Virus record (IMG/VR): IMGVR_UViG_3300025372_000044
Location: 1-24,283 of that record
Source: a virus
Lineage: Duplodnaviria > Caudoviricetes
Length of the DNA: 24,283 nt
Strand: one strand, 5' to 3'
The translations under genes and the position numbers were made by a program. The notes under the pieces are model-generated. The model had not been told where the DNA came from. It worked only from the letters and a program-made list of their open reading frames with translations, and searched no databases. Positions 1 to 8,091 of the stretch are shown here, piece by piece (position 1 is the first letter of the stretch; each line of letters begins with the position of its first letter).

Positions 1-61
1 TTACGTCTTTGTTTTTTTCGTAATATCTTTTTTTAGTTTCCGCAGTTGTGGTATTTTTCAT
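1..61 (-). CDS. 5' end of a gene running off the window (MKNTTTAETKKRYYEKKQRR...), product unknown
   Basis: ATG at 59-61 preceded by AAGGGAG; frame open to the window edge; basic and AT-rich. Not in the ORF track. Confidence 0.6.
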   Translation of the reverse strand, partial: MKNTTTAETKKRYYEKNKDV

Positions 62-63
62 TT

Positions 64-125
64 ATTGACTCCCTTCTTGAGTCGATCACGCCCTCGGCAG
101 TTAGCGCTGCGCGGGGGTCTTTTTG
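64..125. promoter_or_regulatory. Two tandem hairpins in the leader; one sequesters the SD of the 1..61 gene, the other resembles a plus-strand terminator
   Basis: ATTGACTC (64-71)/GAGTCGAT (79-86) pair around the SD; CCCTCG-GCAG (91-100)/CTGC-G-CGGGGG (107-117) is followed by TCTTTTTG. Confidence 0.5.
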
Positions 126-153
126 TCTAGAGATACGACAAACCGATAACGTT

Positions 154-214
154 AGTGTATCACGCACGATTCACCATAAATGGGGTATTTTGTCAAGCCG
201 ATCGGCGCGTGTCG
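154..214 (-). promoter_or_regulatory. Putative leftward promoter region
   Basis: Extended -10 TGATACACT (154-162), TTGACA (191-196) and CGACACG (208-214). TTGACA is 31 nt from the -10, so the two are not a canonical pair. Confidence 0.4.
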
Positions 215-918
215 AGGATCTGTTTGAAGTTGTAGAGCTGTCCTTTTTTGGCGATCTGGTGCTTTTTGGCGATTTTGTAGATTGCCTTTTCGCCAACTCC
301 GAGATATCCGGCAATCGCTTCGGCATCAAGCCAGACATCGTTGGATGAATCAGTCAAGGCAACCGCGATCAATCTGCCAGTTGTCCATTCGGTCTGGCAT
401 TTGCGACAGTTGATGATTTCGCCCAGATCGTCTTCTTGAACTTTCAAGATTTGGCCACAACGTTGATCTTCGCCGATATCGGCAGGACATGAAATTCGCT
501 TTGCTTTATCGGCTTGGATTCTTGAAGCCGTTTTGCCTAGTTGATGAATTTCGCGGATTTCGCGGAAATAGTCTTCTGCCCAAGGTTGTTCACATGACCA
601 TTCAGCATGGGTTTGAGCGAATCTGATCGCCGACTGGATTTCCTCGGAGATTGGCAACTTTGGCATCATCGCTGGCGGCGTCAGATCGCGGTCAGACCGG
701 ATCAGCTTCTCCCATTCGTGCAAAGTCCCCAGAATGTCGTCGCCAGCGATAAAGCTCAAAGCCGAGACGTTAACTCCGATCGTGCGTTCCCCGCTGGACG
801 AACCAGCACCGCCGTTTCCAGGTAGCAACTCAGCATGAGCAGAATTCCAGAACTGCCAGATGTCGTCAAGTTGACGGATCAAGAGCTGCGCGAGTTTCAT
901 GTCAGAACGGTATCCCAT
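193..918 (-). CDS. Zn-finger + C-terminal HTH protein, possible late transcription regulator (start may be ATG at 900)
   Basis: Cys cluster CPAD..RCG..CRKC then HTH-like WLDAEAIAGYLGVGEKAIYKIAKK; last gene of the early operon. Confidence 0.6.
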   Translation of the reverse strand: MGYRSDMKLAQLLIRQLDDIWQFWNSAHAELLPGNGGAGSSSGERTIGVNVSALSFIAGDDILGTLHEWEKLIRSDRDLTPPAMMPKLPISEEIQSAIRFAQTHAEWSCEQPWAEDYFREIREIHQLGKTASRIQADKAKRISCPADIGEDQRCGQILKVQEDDLGEIINCRKCQTEWTTGRLIAVALTDSSNDVWLDAEAIAGYLGVGEKAIYKIAKKHQIAKKGQLYNFKQILDTRRSA

Positions 919-1279
919 CAGATTTCGTTGGTTGGGATTTCGGCCAGTAATCCGGCCAAGTCGTATGTGGCGAGTTTGTGCATTGGTGAGATTTTAGGAC
1001 GACAGTTTCGGGCTTGGTCGCCAGCATCCGAATTTTCGTCCGGTAGATGGCGATGAACGATTCGTCGGCTCGGTGGATTTCGTAGGTCGGGATTCTGGCA
1101 AGGTAGCAATCGACCTGATCTTCAAAGTTGAGTCGAGTCGTGTCAAGGCTGGTGGGGAAGCCAGATTGACAGATCAACCGCCAGATCGTCGAGTGACACT
1201 TCTTGCAAAGGTCTGGGTTGCTGCCTGTGGATAACTTATAGCGAGGAACTTCCCAGAACGAAGGTTGTGATTTTTTCAA
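902..1279 (-). CDS. Hypothetical protein with CxxC
   Basis: 125-aa ORF containing CKKC, tightly packed against the downstream gene; TTG start uncertain. Confidence 0.6.
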   Translation of the reverse strand: MKKSQPSFWEVPRYKLSTGSNPDLCKKCHSTIWRLICQSGFPTSLDTTRLNFEDQVDCYLARIPTYEIHRADESFIAIYRTKIRMLATKPETVVLKSHQCTNSPHTTWPDYWPKSQPTKSDGIPF

Positions 1280-1436
1280 TTTTAAGCCGTCTCCGCTATG
1301 GCGGCTCTATATAGCCGCCGCCTCATAGCGGTAAAATGGGCTACTTCTATGCGGTAACTACTTCCTTGGAACTTCCTGAGAAAGTTATCCACAGATTTAT
1401 CAAAGTTATCCACAGGTTTGACCAAGTTATCCACAG
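1224..1436. other. Candidate replication origin: four perfect DnaA boxes around an inverted-repeat core
   Basis: TTATCCACA at 1385-1393, 1406-1414 and 1427-1435 (21-bp period) plus an inverted copy at 1226-1234; nested IRs CCGCTATG/CATAGCGG and GGCGGCT/AGCCGCC at 1293-1331; directly downstream of the primase-helicase. Confidence 0.7.
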
Positions 1437-1439
1437 GCT

Positions 1440-3599
1440 CTAAGCGGTCTCAATGTCGACAATTTGGGGGATGAGATGGTCAATCGACCACCACAATTCC
1501 GACCTTCCTTGGGTCGAAGTCTTGACTCGACGACGAGCCAGAGCCGATTTTCTCGCCGCTGCCAACGCCTTGTCGTCTTTACCCTTCTTGAGCAACCCGC
1601 AGAGATCGGTCGTATTCAGTCCAGGATTGTTTAGGACAGCCGCAACCCACATCTCCTCTAGATTGTCCTTCCGCGCCGTCCTAGCGTCGCTCCCGCCCAA
1701 TGTGAGGCCTCTGGTGGCCTCGTCGAACTTGACCTGCTGTTCCTCGAGCAGAACATCGCGGCCGTCTGCGGAGAAGAACCGACCGTCGTCGGTCTTCTTC
1801 AGCAGCCAGCGAACGTCGGCCCAGTCATCGATGCGGGTGGCGCCACGAGCGCGGTCGATGCCGAATTCTTGGGCGCGGCCAGTATGGACGGGGAGTATCA
1901 GATTGCTGACGCCAGCACGCTCCTTGACGATGTCCAACATATCGAGGAAAGCGCCGACATCAGAGTTTGAGTTCTCATCGCCGCTACCGGTAAAGGCTCG
2001 CGCAAACGGGTCAACGATCCACGTCTGGCAGTTCAGCTTCGCCAGCGTCTCGATGACCTGCTCGCGGACATATTCAGAACGAAGTGGAACGCTCTTTCCG
2101 CGCAGGTGGACAAGTGTGACCATTTCGGAATTTTCGATTGAGACATCTTTCATCCAACGCCGGTATTGGTTCTCGCTGACTTCATAGTTGAAGATCACGA
2201 CGCGACCAGGGTGATTGGCTGACTTGAAGTAGTTGAGGAATTTGCCGCCATCGACCAAGGACTTGGCGAGGTTATTGATCATCGTGGTCTTTCCAGCCTT
2301 GTATTGGGCTGTAAGGGTCACGTTTGCGCCAGTTGGTATCAAACCCTCGATCGTCCAGTCGACTTCCTCAATGGGCAGTTCTAGCTCTTCACCGAGGGTC
2401 TCAACGAAGATGATCGGGTCGTAGCGACGGGTTGCATCTTCATTGTCGAGGATTTCCTTGGCACGCCTGCGAGCGCGGCTTCGGGCGATTTCCTCGTTGA
2501 GTGCAATCTCCTCGGGTGATAGCCATTTGGCGGCTTCGACTGGCTCTGGATTTGGCTCCAGATTTGACTCCAGATTTGGCGCTGGCGTTGGAGCCGTTGG
2601 CGCTGGCGCAATGCTGGGAACGCCGTAGCCGTTGGCTCGTAGGTTCTTGGCAGCAGCTTTGAAATCGCCGTTGAAGTTGAGGTGAGTGAAGGCTGAGAAT
2701 TTCGAGTAAGGCTTCTCTGCCTCGAATTCCGTACTGGTGGAGAAGACGAATAAGTTGTCGCCATCGTTTCGGCCAGTTGTGGCGCTGATGCCGATGTTCT
2801 TACCAGGTCGGCGCCAATAGGTCGTCGTGCCTCGGGTGAAGACTTTGCTCCAGCCACGCGGAATCAGAATCTCATCCCAACTGGTGCGGTTGCTGTAATC
2901 ATCGCCAGGGCTGACGCCGCCGCCAGCATCCGCGTGGTCTGCGATCACCGACAGCACCGTCTCCGGTGTCGGCATCCGATCCAACGCTCTCAATACGTTG
3001 TGGACCGCTTCACGCTCATCCCAGCTGATTGTCGGAATGGTTGCTGGTGATCCTGTGACTGCGATCCACGCCTTGCCCGAGGGATGCACCATCCCATGAG
3101 ACGGAGCGACGATTGAGAATCCGCCTTCGCCTCTGGTTTCGATCAGGACGCCGCCGTCTTCGCCAGGTTGCCTTGCGATCTTGGTGTTGCCTGGAACTGG
3201 TGCGTCGCTGATCCGGTAGTAGAAGTGAACGCCGCCTGAAGGTGTGAATTCGGCATAGCCGTTGGTGACTTTGTGGAGTATTTCAAGCAGTCCGGAATTA
3301 GTTGCCAGTTCGTTTGCTTCATCGAGCAGACCCATCGCAACTGCGCGGCCCTCGAATTCCAACATCTCGAGGTTGCCTGATGCTTGACCGGTGATGACGC
3401 CGAAACCTGTTTGGTCAGGATTGGCAAACCAATGGTGAATCTGCATGGCGTTGGCGCGTTCGCTCTGATACTTCTTCCATGCGCCAAATGGTGCTTTGCT
3501 GCCATCCATGCGCGTTGGCACGATCGAGCAACCATGAGCTGCAAACGACATGGCAGCGCCGAAAATTGGGTTGCCAGATGGCTGTGGTTCTGTGTTCAC
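1440..3599 (-). CDS. Bifunctional DNA primase/polymerase fused to an AAA (RepA-like) helicase
   Basis: Prim-pol motifs (KAPFGAWKKYQ, TPSGGVHFYYR, IETRGEGGFSIVAPS), Pro-rich linker, Walker A AQYKAGKTT, Walker B WIVDP; GTG start after AAGGGGAC. Confidence 0.9.
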   Translation of the reverse strand: MNTEPQPSGNPIFGAAMSFAAHGCSIVPTRMDGSKAPFGAWKKYQSERANAMQIHHWFANPDQTGFGVITGQASGNLEMLEFEGRAVAMGLLDEANELATNSGLLEILHKVTNGYAEFTPSGGVHFYYRISDAPVPGNTKIARQPGEDGGVLIETRGEGGFSIVAPSHGMVHPSGKAWIAVTGSPATIPTISWDEREAVHNVLRALDRMPTPETVLSVIADHADAGGGVSPGDDYSNRTSWDEILIPRGWSKVFTRGTTTYWRRPGKNIGISATTGRNDGDNLFVFSTSTEFEAEKPYSKFSAFTHLNFNGDFKAAAKNLRANGYGVPSIAPAPTAPTPAPNLESNLEPNPEPVEAAKWLSPEEIALNEEIARSRARRRAKEILDNEDATRRYDPIIFVETLGEELELPIEEVDWTIEGLIPTGANVTLTAQYKAGKTTMINNLAKSLVDGGKFLNYFKSANHPGRVVIFNYEVSENQYRRWMKDVSIENSEMVTLVHLRGKSVPLRSEYVREQVIETLAKLNCQTWIVDPFARAFTGSGDENSNSDVGAFLDMLDIVKERAGVSNLILPVHTGRAQEFGIDRARGATRIDDWADVRWLLKKTDDGRFFSADGRDVLLEEQQVKFDEATRGLTLGGSDARTARKDNLEEMWVAAVLNNPGLNTTDLCGLLKKGKDDKALAAARKSALARRRVKTSTQGRSELWWSIDHLIPQIVDIETA

Positions 3600-3616
3600 G
3601 TTGTCCCCTTTGTGAA

Positions 3617-3799
3617 TTACTTGCGTTTATCGGTTGAGTAAAAGCCTGATCCTTTGAATTCGACACCTGGAACCGTATATTGACGGGTCATGGCTAAACC
3701 GCAGGAACTACAGCAAGGAACCGGAATCGACTCCTTGATTGATGCTGAAATCTCGGTGACTGTCTTGCAGGATAAGCAATGGAATTCATAGATCGCCAT
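3617..3799 (-). CDS. FmdB-family zinc-ribbon protein
   Basis: MAIYEFHCLSC...CSSCG..MTRQY..PGVEFKGSGFYSTD; the ATG at 3799 overlaps the upstream stop (ORF track starts at 3817). Confidence 0.85.
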   Translation of the reverse strand: MAIYEFHCLSCKTVTEISASIKESIPVPCCSSCGLAMTRQYTVPGVEFKGSGFYSTDKRK

Positions 3800-4002
3800 T
3801 AGTCGCAGTCCCAGCAATTAGATTCACAATGTCCGTCGTTCTTGCAATGCCAGCAGCTTCCATCGCGCAGGTTGCTGGCGATGTGTTTGGCGTGAAGTCG
3901 GCGATTCTCGGCCTTGATCCGCTTGGCTTCGGCGAATAGCAAAGAGAACGCGGCGAAAATACTTAGGCCATAAACAAGGCTGAGGATTTCATTCTTGGTC
4001 AC
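3799..4002 (-). CDS. Small membrane protein with Cys-rich C-terminus
   Basis: N-terminal hydrophobic helix; CWHC..HCESNCWDC; overlaps both neighbours. Confidence 0.65.
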   Translation of the reverse strand: MTKNEILSLVYGLSIFAAFSLLFAEAKRIKAENRRLHAKHIASNLRDGSCWHCKNDGHCESNCWDCD

Positions 4003-4655
4003 AATTTCACCGGAGTACCGGAAGCGTTCAAGTAGTAGCCATAGCCGCCAAGTGGCATCGTGAAAGGCTTGGTGGGGACATTGAGGTATGAGAACGGAGC
4101 TTTGCCGTTGACATCGTAGAACGATGGCGTGGTGAAGTCAGGTGCGACAGCGACGCCGTTGTCAAGGTTAATGATGAATTGACCAACTGTGTGATCGCAG
4201 ATTTCCATGAGCCAGTTGCGACCCAGTTGATCTTTGGCTGTCTTGTTGATCTGCGGATCGATCAGCATTTCAGCAAGTTCATGGCAGATGACGGAGAACA
4301 ATCCTGGCGTCATTATTGGCTTGGTGATCTGCTTTCCGCGAACGATCAAAGGCTTGATGTAAGTACCGAGAGGATTGCGCTTGCCGTAGCAGTTGGCGCG
4401 AATGTAAGCGATGGGAACGCCGTTGACTAATTCGTGATATCCGTAAGCAAGTGATGTCATCGAAGTGTTAGGAAACTCATCCACGATGCAGACATTCCAC
4501 GACTTCGGATCGCGAGCAGCAGCGTAGGTCGGAAGATTCGGCGGCAGATTCCACGCCGTCGTCACTTGCTGGCTGAAGTATTGAAGGCCTTTGGTAATTG
4601 CTAAGGCTTGAGGTGTAGTCACCGACTTGGATTCATTTACGACGACGATCGCCAT
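3999..4655 (-). CDS. Putative zinc-binding HExxE (zincin-like) protein, 218 aa
   Basis: GYH...HELAEMLIDP...EICD motif set; strong SD GAAAGGAG before ATG 4655, so the track's 4733 start is unlikely. Confidence 0.6.
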   Translation of the reverse strand: MAIVVVNESKSVTTPQALAITKGLQYFSQQVTTAWNLPPNLPTYAAARDPKSWNVCIVDEFPNTSMTSLAYGYHELVNGVPIAYIRANCYGKRNPLGTYIKPLIVRGKQITKPIMTPGLFSVICHELAEMLIDPQINKTAKDQLGRNWLMEICDHTVGQFIINLDNGVAVAPDFTTPSFYDVNGKAPFSYLNVPTKPFTMPLGGYGYYLNASGTPVKL

Positions 4656-4676
4656 TGTCACTCCTTTCCAGAGTTT

Positions 4677-4744
4677 GTGCGCCGGACAGGAATCGAACCT
4701 GTCGAGATGGAAAGGTGGACGGAAACATCTCAACCATTCGGCGC
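4677..4744 (-). ncRNA. tRNA-like structured RNA (acceptor-like stem + T-arm, no D-stem, anti-SD central arm)
   Basis: GCGCCG/CGGCGC closing stem, GACAGG-TTCGATT-CCTGTC T-arm, AATGGTT linker, GAGATG/CATCTC stem with 16-nt loop; intergenic. Confidence 0.65.
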
Positions 4745-4774
4745 TATATGGGTCCCCCTAAGACCCAAACCTAT

Positions 4775-5209
4775 TTAGAACGGGGTTGCACCCATCTGCT
4801 TCTTCAGAGCTGCCAGCACCGCTGGATCAACGCCTGAAAGATCGTCTGCTGCTGATGCCTTAGACGCTAGTGGCGCTGGAGTACCCCAAGGATCACCCTT
4901 GTCGACTGTGACATCGAAGTGCTTGAGTGTCTTGCCACCGGCACGCTTCTCGATCTGCGTGAGTTGAATGGTGAGGAAGTCGCCAGTTTCCGGACGCTTC
5001 TCTGCCAATGCAGCCTTGAGACGAACTTGTCCAGCCGTAACTGTAACCTCGCCAGTTGGCGTCTCAAGTGTGATTTGTGGTGAAACTGAGCCATCATCCC
5101 AGCGATGTGCGCCGATGTTGATGACCTTGCCAGAGACTTCGTCTCCAACGTTTTCGAACTTGGCGTAATTGCCGCCGACTTTCATGCCAGGATCATCCCA
5201 GATTGACAT
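4775..5209 (-). CDS. Putative ssDNA-binding (OB-fold-like) protein, 144 aa
   Basis: Beta-rich core (AKFENVGDEVSGKV...), flexible tail ending PF, adjacent to an exonuclease; ATG 5209 follows GAAGG and abuts the upstream stop. Confidence 0.55.
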   Translation of the reverse strand: MSIWDDPGMKVGGNYAKFENVGDEVSGKVINIGAHRWDDGSVSPQITLETPTGEVTVTAGQVRLKAALAEKRPETGDFLTIQLTQIEKRAGGKTLKHFDVTVDKGDPWGTPAPLASKASAADDLSGVDPAVLAALKKQMGATPF

Positions 5210-5211
5210 GA

Positions 5212-5970
5212 TTACCTTCTTTCCATATTGGGTTGGGTTGGGTTTGGTAAATCCCCGCCAGGACATCCGACGGAGAATTCTGTGCTGCCCGGTAGATAGA
5301 ACGGACAATAGTGGCAGAAGCTACTGACCGCGTTCATCAGCGAAAGGGCGTCGACGCCCGCGTTGTCGATGATGTAGTTGGCTGCTTTCAAGCGCTCGAT
5401 GCCGCGTTGAGCGATGCCAAGGTTGAAAGGTTCGCTCCAGATATACATATTCTTCAGCGATCCACCACGCGGCAAGAACACGATCGCGACATCGCGGATG
5501 TCTCTGCCACCTCGGATCAAGCCGTAGGCGTAAAGGTGCGCTTGAGTCCGGTATTGGTCGCCGACGCCTTCCTTCTTGTATTTCTTGAGTGAGGAATCTC
5601 CGACAACTTTCCAGTCGATGACCAACTTGCGCTTGAGATCGACAAGGTCGACTGAACCGCTAAGAGTGTCGGTGACGAAGACTGGATGTTCGATCAGATA
5701 GCGCGATTCGATATTGTCGTGGCGTTCTGCGTCCTCGAGCTTCTCGTATTGTTCTGCGAGCCAAGCGTGGACTGCTGTGCCGATTGTGGCGAGCCAGGTA
5801 TCAGATTGATTGACTGGTTCCACACCGAGCAAACGATAGCCAAGTTTGCGATCACACTCGCCACCAACCTCGGAAGGTCCGATAGAGCGTTGCTTTGATC
5901 GTGGAGCGTTGGCAGAAGCATTGGAGATGTTTGAGCGAATCTCCTGCTCTAATTCGAAAATGTCGATCAC
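5212..5970 (-). CDS. Cas4-like/RecB-family PD-(D/E)XK exonuclease
   Basis: PSEVGGECDRK, GTAVH, GSVDLVD..VIDWK, QAHLY, CHYCPF..C (1+3 Cys Fe-S pattern). Confidence 0.85.
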   Translation of the reverse strand: MIDIFELEQEIRSNISNASANAPRSKQRSIGPSEVGGECDRKLGYRLLGVEPVNQSDTWLATIGTAVHAWLAEQYEKLEDAERHDNIESRYLIEHPVFVTDTLSGSVDLVDLKRKLVIDWKVVGDSSLKKYKKEGVGDQYRTQAHLYAYGLIRGGRDIRDVAIVFLPRGGSLKNMYIWSEPFNLGIAQRGIERLKAANYIIDNAGVDALSLMNAVSSFCHYCPFYLPGSTEFSVGCPGGDLPNPTQPNMERR

Positions 5971-6281
5971 AAGTCATCCTGACTGATAGGTCTAAAAACT
6001 CTACTTCGAGTTATCTCAAAGCATTCGTTGAAGACTGCGTCTGAGAGAAGCTGCTGAGCCTTCTTCTGGTTAAATCGCTTGGAATCAACATAATCCCACT
6101 TCAGTACCGGAACGCCGTTGACTGTGGCCATGACATTATCACCAAGCCCCGACTCCAGGTGTGATCTTGCAATGTCGGCGCGTTCAGTTAAATCCTTGAT
6201 CTGCGCCTTGAGATTGTTGTATTCGGTTAGCCATCCAGCCAAGTGTGGTGGAAGTTCTAACGCATCATTGAGTTCTGACAT
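5967..6281 (-). CDS. Hypothetical protein (coiled coil + beta hairpin)
   Basis: 104-aa ORF with GGGGAC SD; overlaps the exonuclease start. Confidence 0.75.
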   Translation of the reverse strand: MSELNDALELPPHLAGWLTEYNNLKAQIKDLTERADIARSHLESGLGDNVMATVNGVPVLKWDYVDSKRFNQKKAQQLLSDAVFNECFEITRSRVFRPISQDDL

Positions 6282-6290
6282 TTTGTCCCC

Positions 6291-6704
6291 CTAAAAGTAA
6301 TTAAATCGATGCTCGTGTTGAAGTGCAGCGCACGCGCCACCGCTGCCGTAGCGCTCCGAAATATAAGCCAGCATTGCGATCAGTTGCGCCTTCGGATCGT
6401 TGCTGTGTCTCAGTCCAAGGTTGCGATATGTCGACGCGAGAAGTTGACCAACTCCCCTGGCTGATGATGTTGGCGACTTGGCCAACGGATTGTCGTGCGA
6501 CTCGATGGTGATAACTCCAACGAGACACTTGTATTGCTTCGGCGTCAGTAGCTCCTTCGCCGCTTGCTCCGCGCTGGCGTTGGTCATTGCGACCTGCTGC
6601 GTAATCACCAGCGGGGAATGAATATGGTTGACGACAAAGATGACATTGAGCGCCAGAGCCATTGTAAGAATGAAGCGGCCGACAAAGCCATACCACGTTG
6701 TCAT
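6291..6704 (-). CDS. Membrane-anchored lytic transglycosylase (SLT/lysozyme-like)
   Basis: N-terminal TM helix; ES catalytic motif (ITIESHDNPLAKSPTSSARGVGQLL) and AYISERYG..ACAA. Confidence 0.75.
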   Translation of the reverse strand: MTTWYGFVGRFILTMALALNVIFVVNHIHSPLVITQQVAMTNASAEQAAKELLTPKQYKCLVGVITIESHDNPLAKSPTSSARGVGQLLASTYRNLGLRHSNDPKAQLIAMLAYISERYGSGGACAALQHEHRFNYF

Positions 6705-7117
6705 TTTCCATCTCCTATCCCCATTCTTTTCTTATATCTGGTCAATGCTTGGACTGCTGCTGCCTGGGTAGTGGTTAGGCGGCTGGCGATCCATTCGTAT
6801 GAGTAACCTTGTTTTCGGTAGTTGTAGACCTTCTCACCCATGTTGTTAACTGGTTTCCCGTTAGGACGACGTGGAACGAACTTAAGTCGCTCTCGACGTG
6901 TAAGACCGCCCCAGATGCCGTCAGATATTTCTTCGTCGAGCGCGTACTGGAGACATTCAACTCGGTGATGACATCCACTACAGATTTTCTTGGCTTGAGG
7001 GGTGAAGGTAGATACTTCCTCGCGAGTTTCCGGAAACCATAGATCGCCGAATCCGACTTGCGCACAAAGCGCTCTTGGAAAGTGTGGAACTTTAAGATTG
7101 AAGATTTCATTGATCAT
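6701..7117 (-). CDS. whiB: WhiB-family Fe-S transcription factor with extra C-terminal HTH
   Basis: ALC...LWFP...AKKICSGC..RVECLQYAL...GIWGGLTRRER, followed by QGYSYEWIASRL. Confidence 0.92.
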   Translation of the reverse strand: MINEIFNLKVPHFPRALCAQVGFGDLWFPETREEVSTFTPQAKKICSGCHHRVECLQYALDEEISDGIWGGLTRRERLKFVPRRPNGKPVNNMGEKVYNYRKQGYSYEWIASRLTTTQAAAVQALTRYKKRMGIGDGK

Positions 7118-7466
7118 TCCTGTCGCCGTATCCTGCTTCTCTGAGTAAATGGACCATGTCCTCGACGCTGAGAACCGCCCAGAACTTGTGCGCTGAGGTT
7201 AGTCCAACGCCATTAGGTTTGACAACAAGGATTCCAAAGTCAGCCTTGGCGTTCTTGGCTTCGACTTGAGCTTCCTTGAGCCACTCGGGGAATTTATATG
7301 AACGATGATTCTTGACTTCCCAAGCAAGGCAAGGAGTACCGGTGACATCGCCTTGATCAAACTCGCCAGTCAATGCTCGGCGTTCTGCGCCTGGAAACCC
7401 ATGATCGCGCAGATATTTGACGAGGGCAGTTTCGGCAGCAGTACCCTTTGCCTTGGCTTTGGACAT
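7107..7466 (-). CDS. Holliday junction resolvase (Hjc-like PD-(D/E)XK)
   Basis: KGTAAE..LVKYL..GFP.AERR...GD...EVKN. Confidence 0.8.
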   Translation of the reverse strand: MSKAKAKGTAAETALVKYLRDHGFPGAERRALTGEFDQGDVTGTPCLAWEVKNHRSYKFPEWLKEAQVEAKNAKADFGILVVKPNGVGLTSAHKFWAVLSVEDMVHLLREAGYGDRNDQ

Positions 7467-7705
7467 TAGTTCTTTACCGCGTGGAACTTGCGACGAGCAA
7501 CTGGATTGAAAGTTGCGTGATTGGTCAAGTTGTAGAGCATTTCGCGGGACTGTTCAAGCTCCTTGCGAGTGCGACGCAATTCTGTGATCTTGTCTGAGTG
7601 GCCGTCTTTGCGTGACCATTCATAGATAGCGCCCAAGGTGAAGCTGAGAAAAGCTACTAAAAAAATTGTGAGGATAAATTTCCAGTCAATCATTGAGATA
7701 ATCAT
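7466..7705 (-). CDS. Small membrane protein
   Basis: TM segment FILTIFLVAFLSFTLGAIY then coiled coil; abuts neighbours. Confidence 0.7.
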   Translation of the reverse strand: MIISMIDWKFILTIFLVAFLSFTLGAIYEWSRKDGHSDKITELRRTRKELEQSREMLYNLTNHATFNPVARRKFHAVKN

Positions 7706-7888
7706 TTACTTTCCTGCTTTCTCTAGAACATTGATGGTCACCGAAGTTTCCTCGGCTGGCCAGAATGTGTGTTGGATTCCCTGATCTGTCACGATTTGGA
7801 TGATGTCGATATTTCCTGGCGATGTGAACAATTCTGTGACTGTGCCAGTAAATGAGACGACTACTTGGTCGCCGACTTGCGGAATCAT
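7706..7888 (-). CDS. Small beta-barrel-like hypothetical protein
   Basis: 60 aa, PQVGDQVVV; ATGA overlap with the upstream gene. Confidence 0.7.
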   Translation of the reverse strand: MIPQVGDQVVVSFTGTVTELFTSPGNIDIIQIVTDQGIQHTFWPAEETSVTINVLEKAGK

Positions 7889-8046
7889 TTTTCGCCTCTG
7901 ATAGCGCGATTGAGTTTCGCTTGCTTTTTATCCCACGCCATAGCGTCGCGGATTTGTTGATCCATCTCGGATTTAGGTTCAAGCAAGATCATTGGAATGG
8001 CTAGGAATAAAGCCACGCCCATTGCTGACAGTATGTAGTTAAGCAT
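7885..8046 (-). CDS. Small membrane protein, first gene of the early operon
   Basis: ATG 8046 after AAAGGGGAC; N-terminal TM helix (track start 8073 less likely). Confidence 0.7.
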   Translation of the reverse strand: MLNYILSAMGVALFLAIPMILLEPKSEMDQQIRDAMAWDKKQAKLNRAIRGEK

Positions 8047-8091
8047 TTGTTGTCCCCTTTGTATTCGATGCACCCTTTCGGGAGTGAGATA

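Noticed and set aside
1382-1436. CRISPR-like array
   Set aside because: 13-bp repeats with 8-bp spacers are far too short, and they match DnaA boxes.
1453-2187. Long plus-strand ORF, and the other plus-strand ORFs in the track
   Set aside because: Antisense shadows of well-supported minus-strand genes, with no recognisable motifs.
4677-4744. Canonical tRNA gene or attP tRNA fragment
   Set aside because: No D-stem and no 7-nt anticodon loop. The complete self-closing fold and the 15-kb distance from the recombinase argue against a simple att remnant, though that is not excluded.
5212-5970. CRISPR-Cas system suggested by the Cas4-like gene
   Set aside because: No array or other cas genes; solo Cas4-like nucleases are common in phage recombination modules.
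6301-7110. Overlapping same-strand ORFs 6301..6711 and 6775..7110
   Set aside because: Out-of-frame overlaps of the SLT-like and whiB genes with no motifs.
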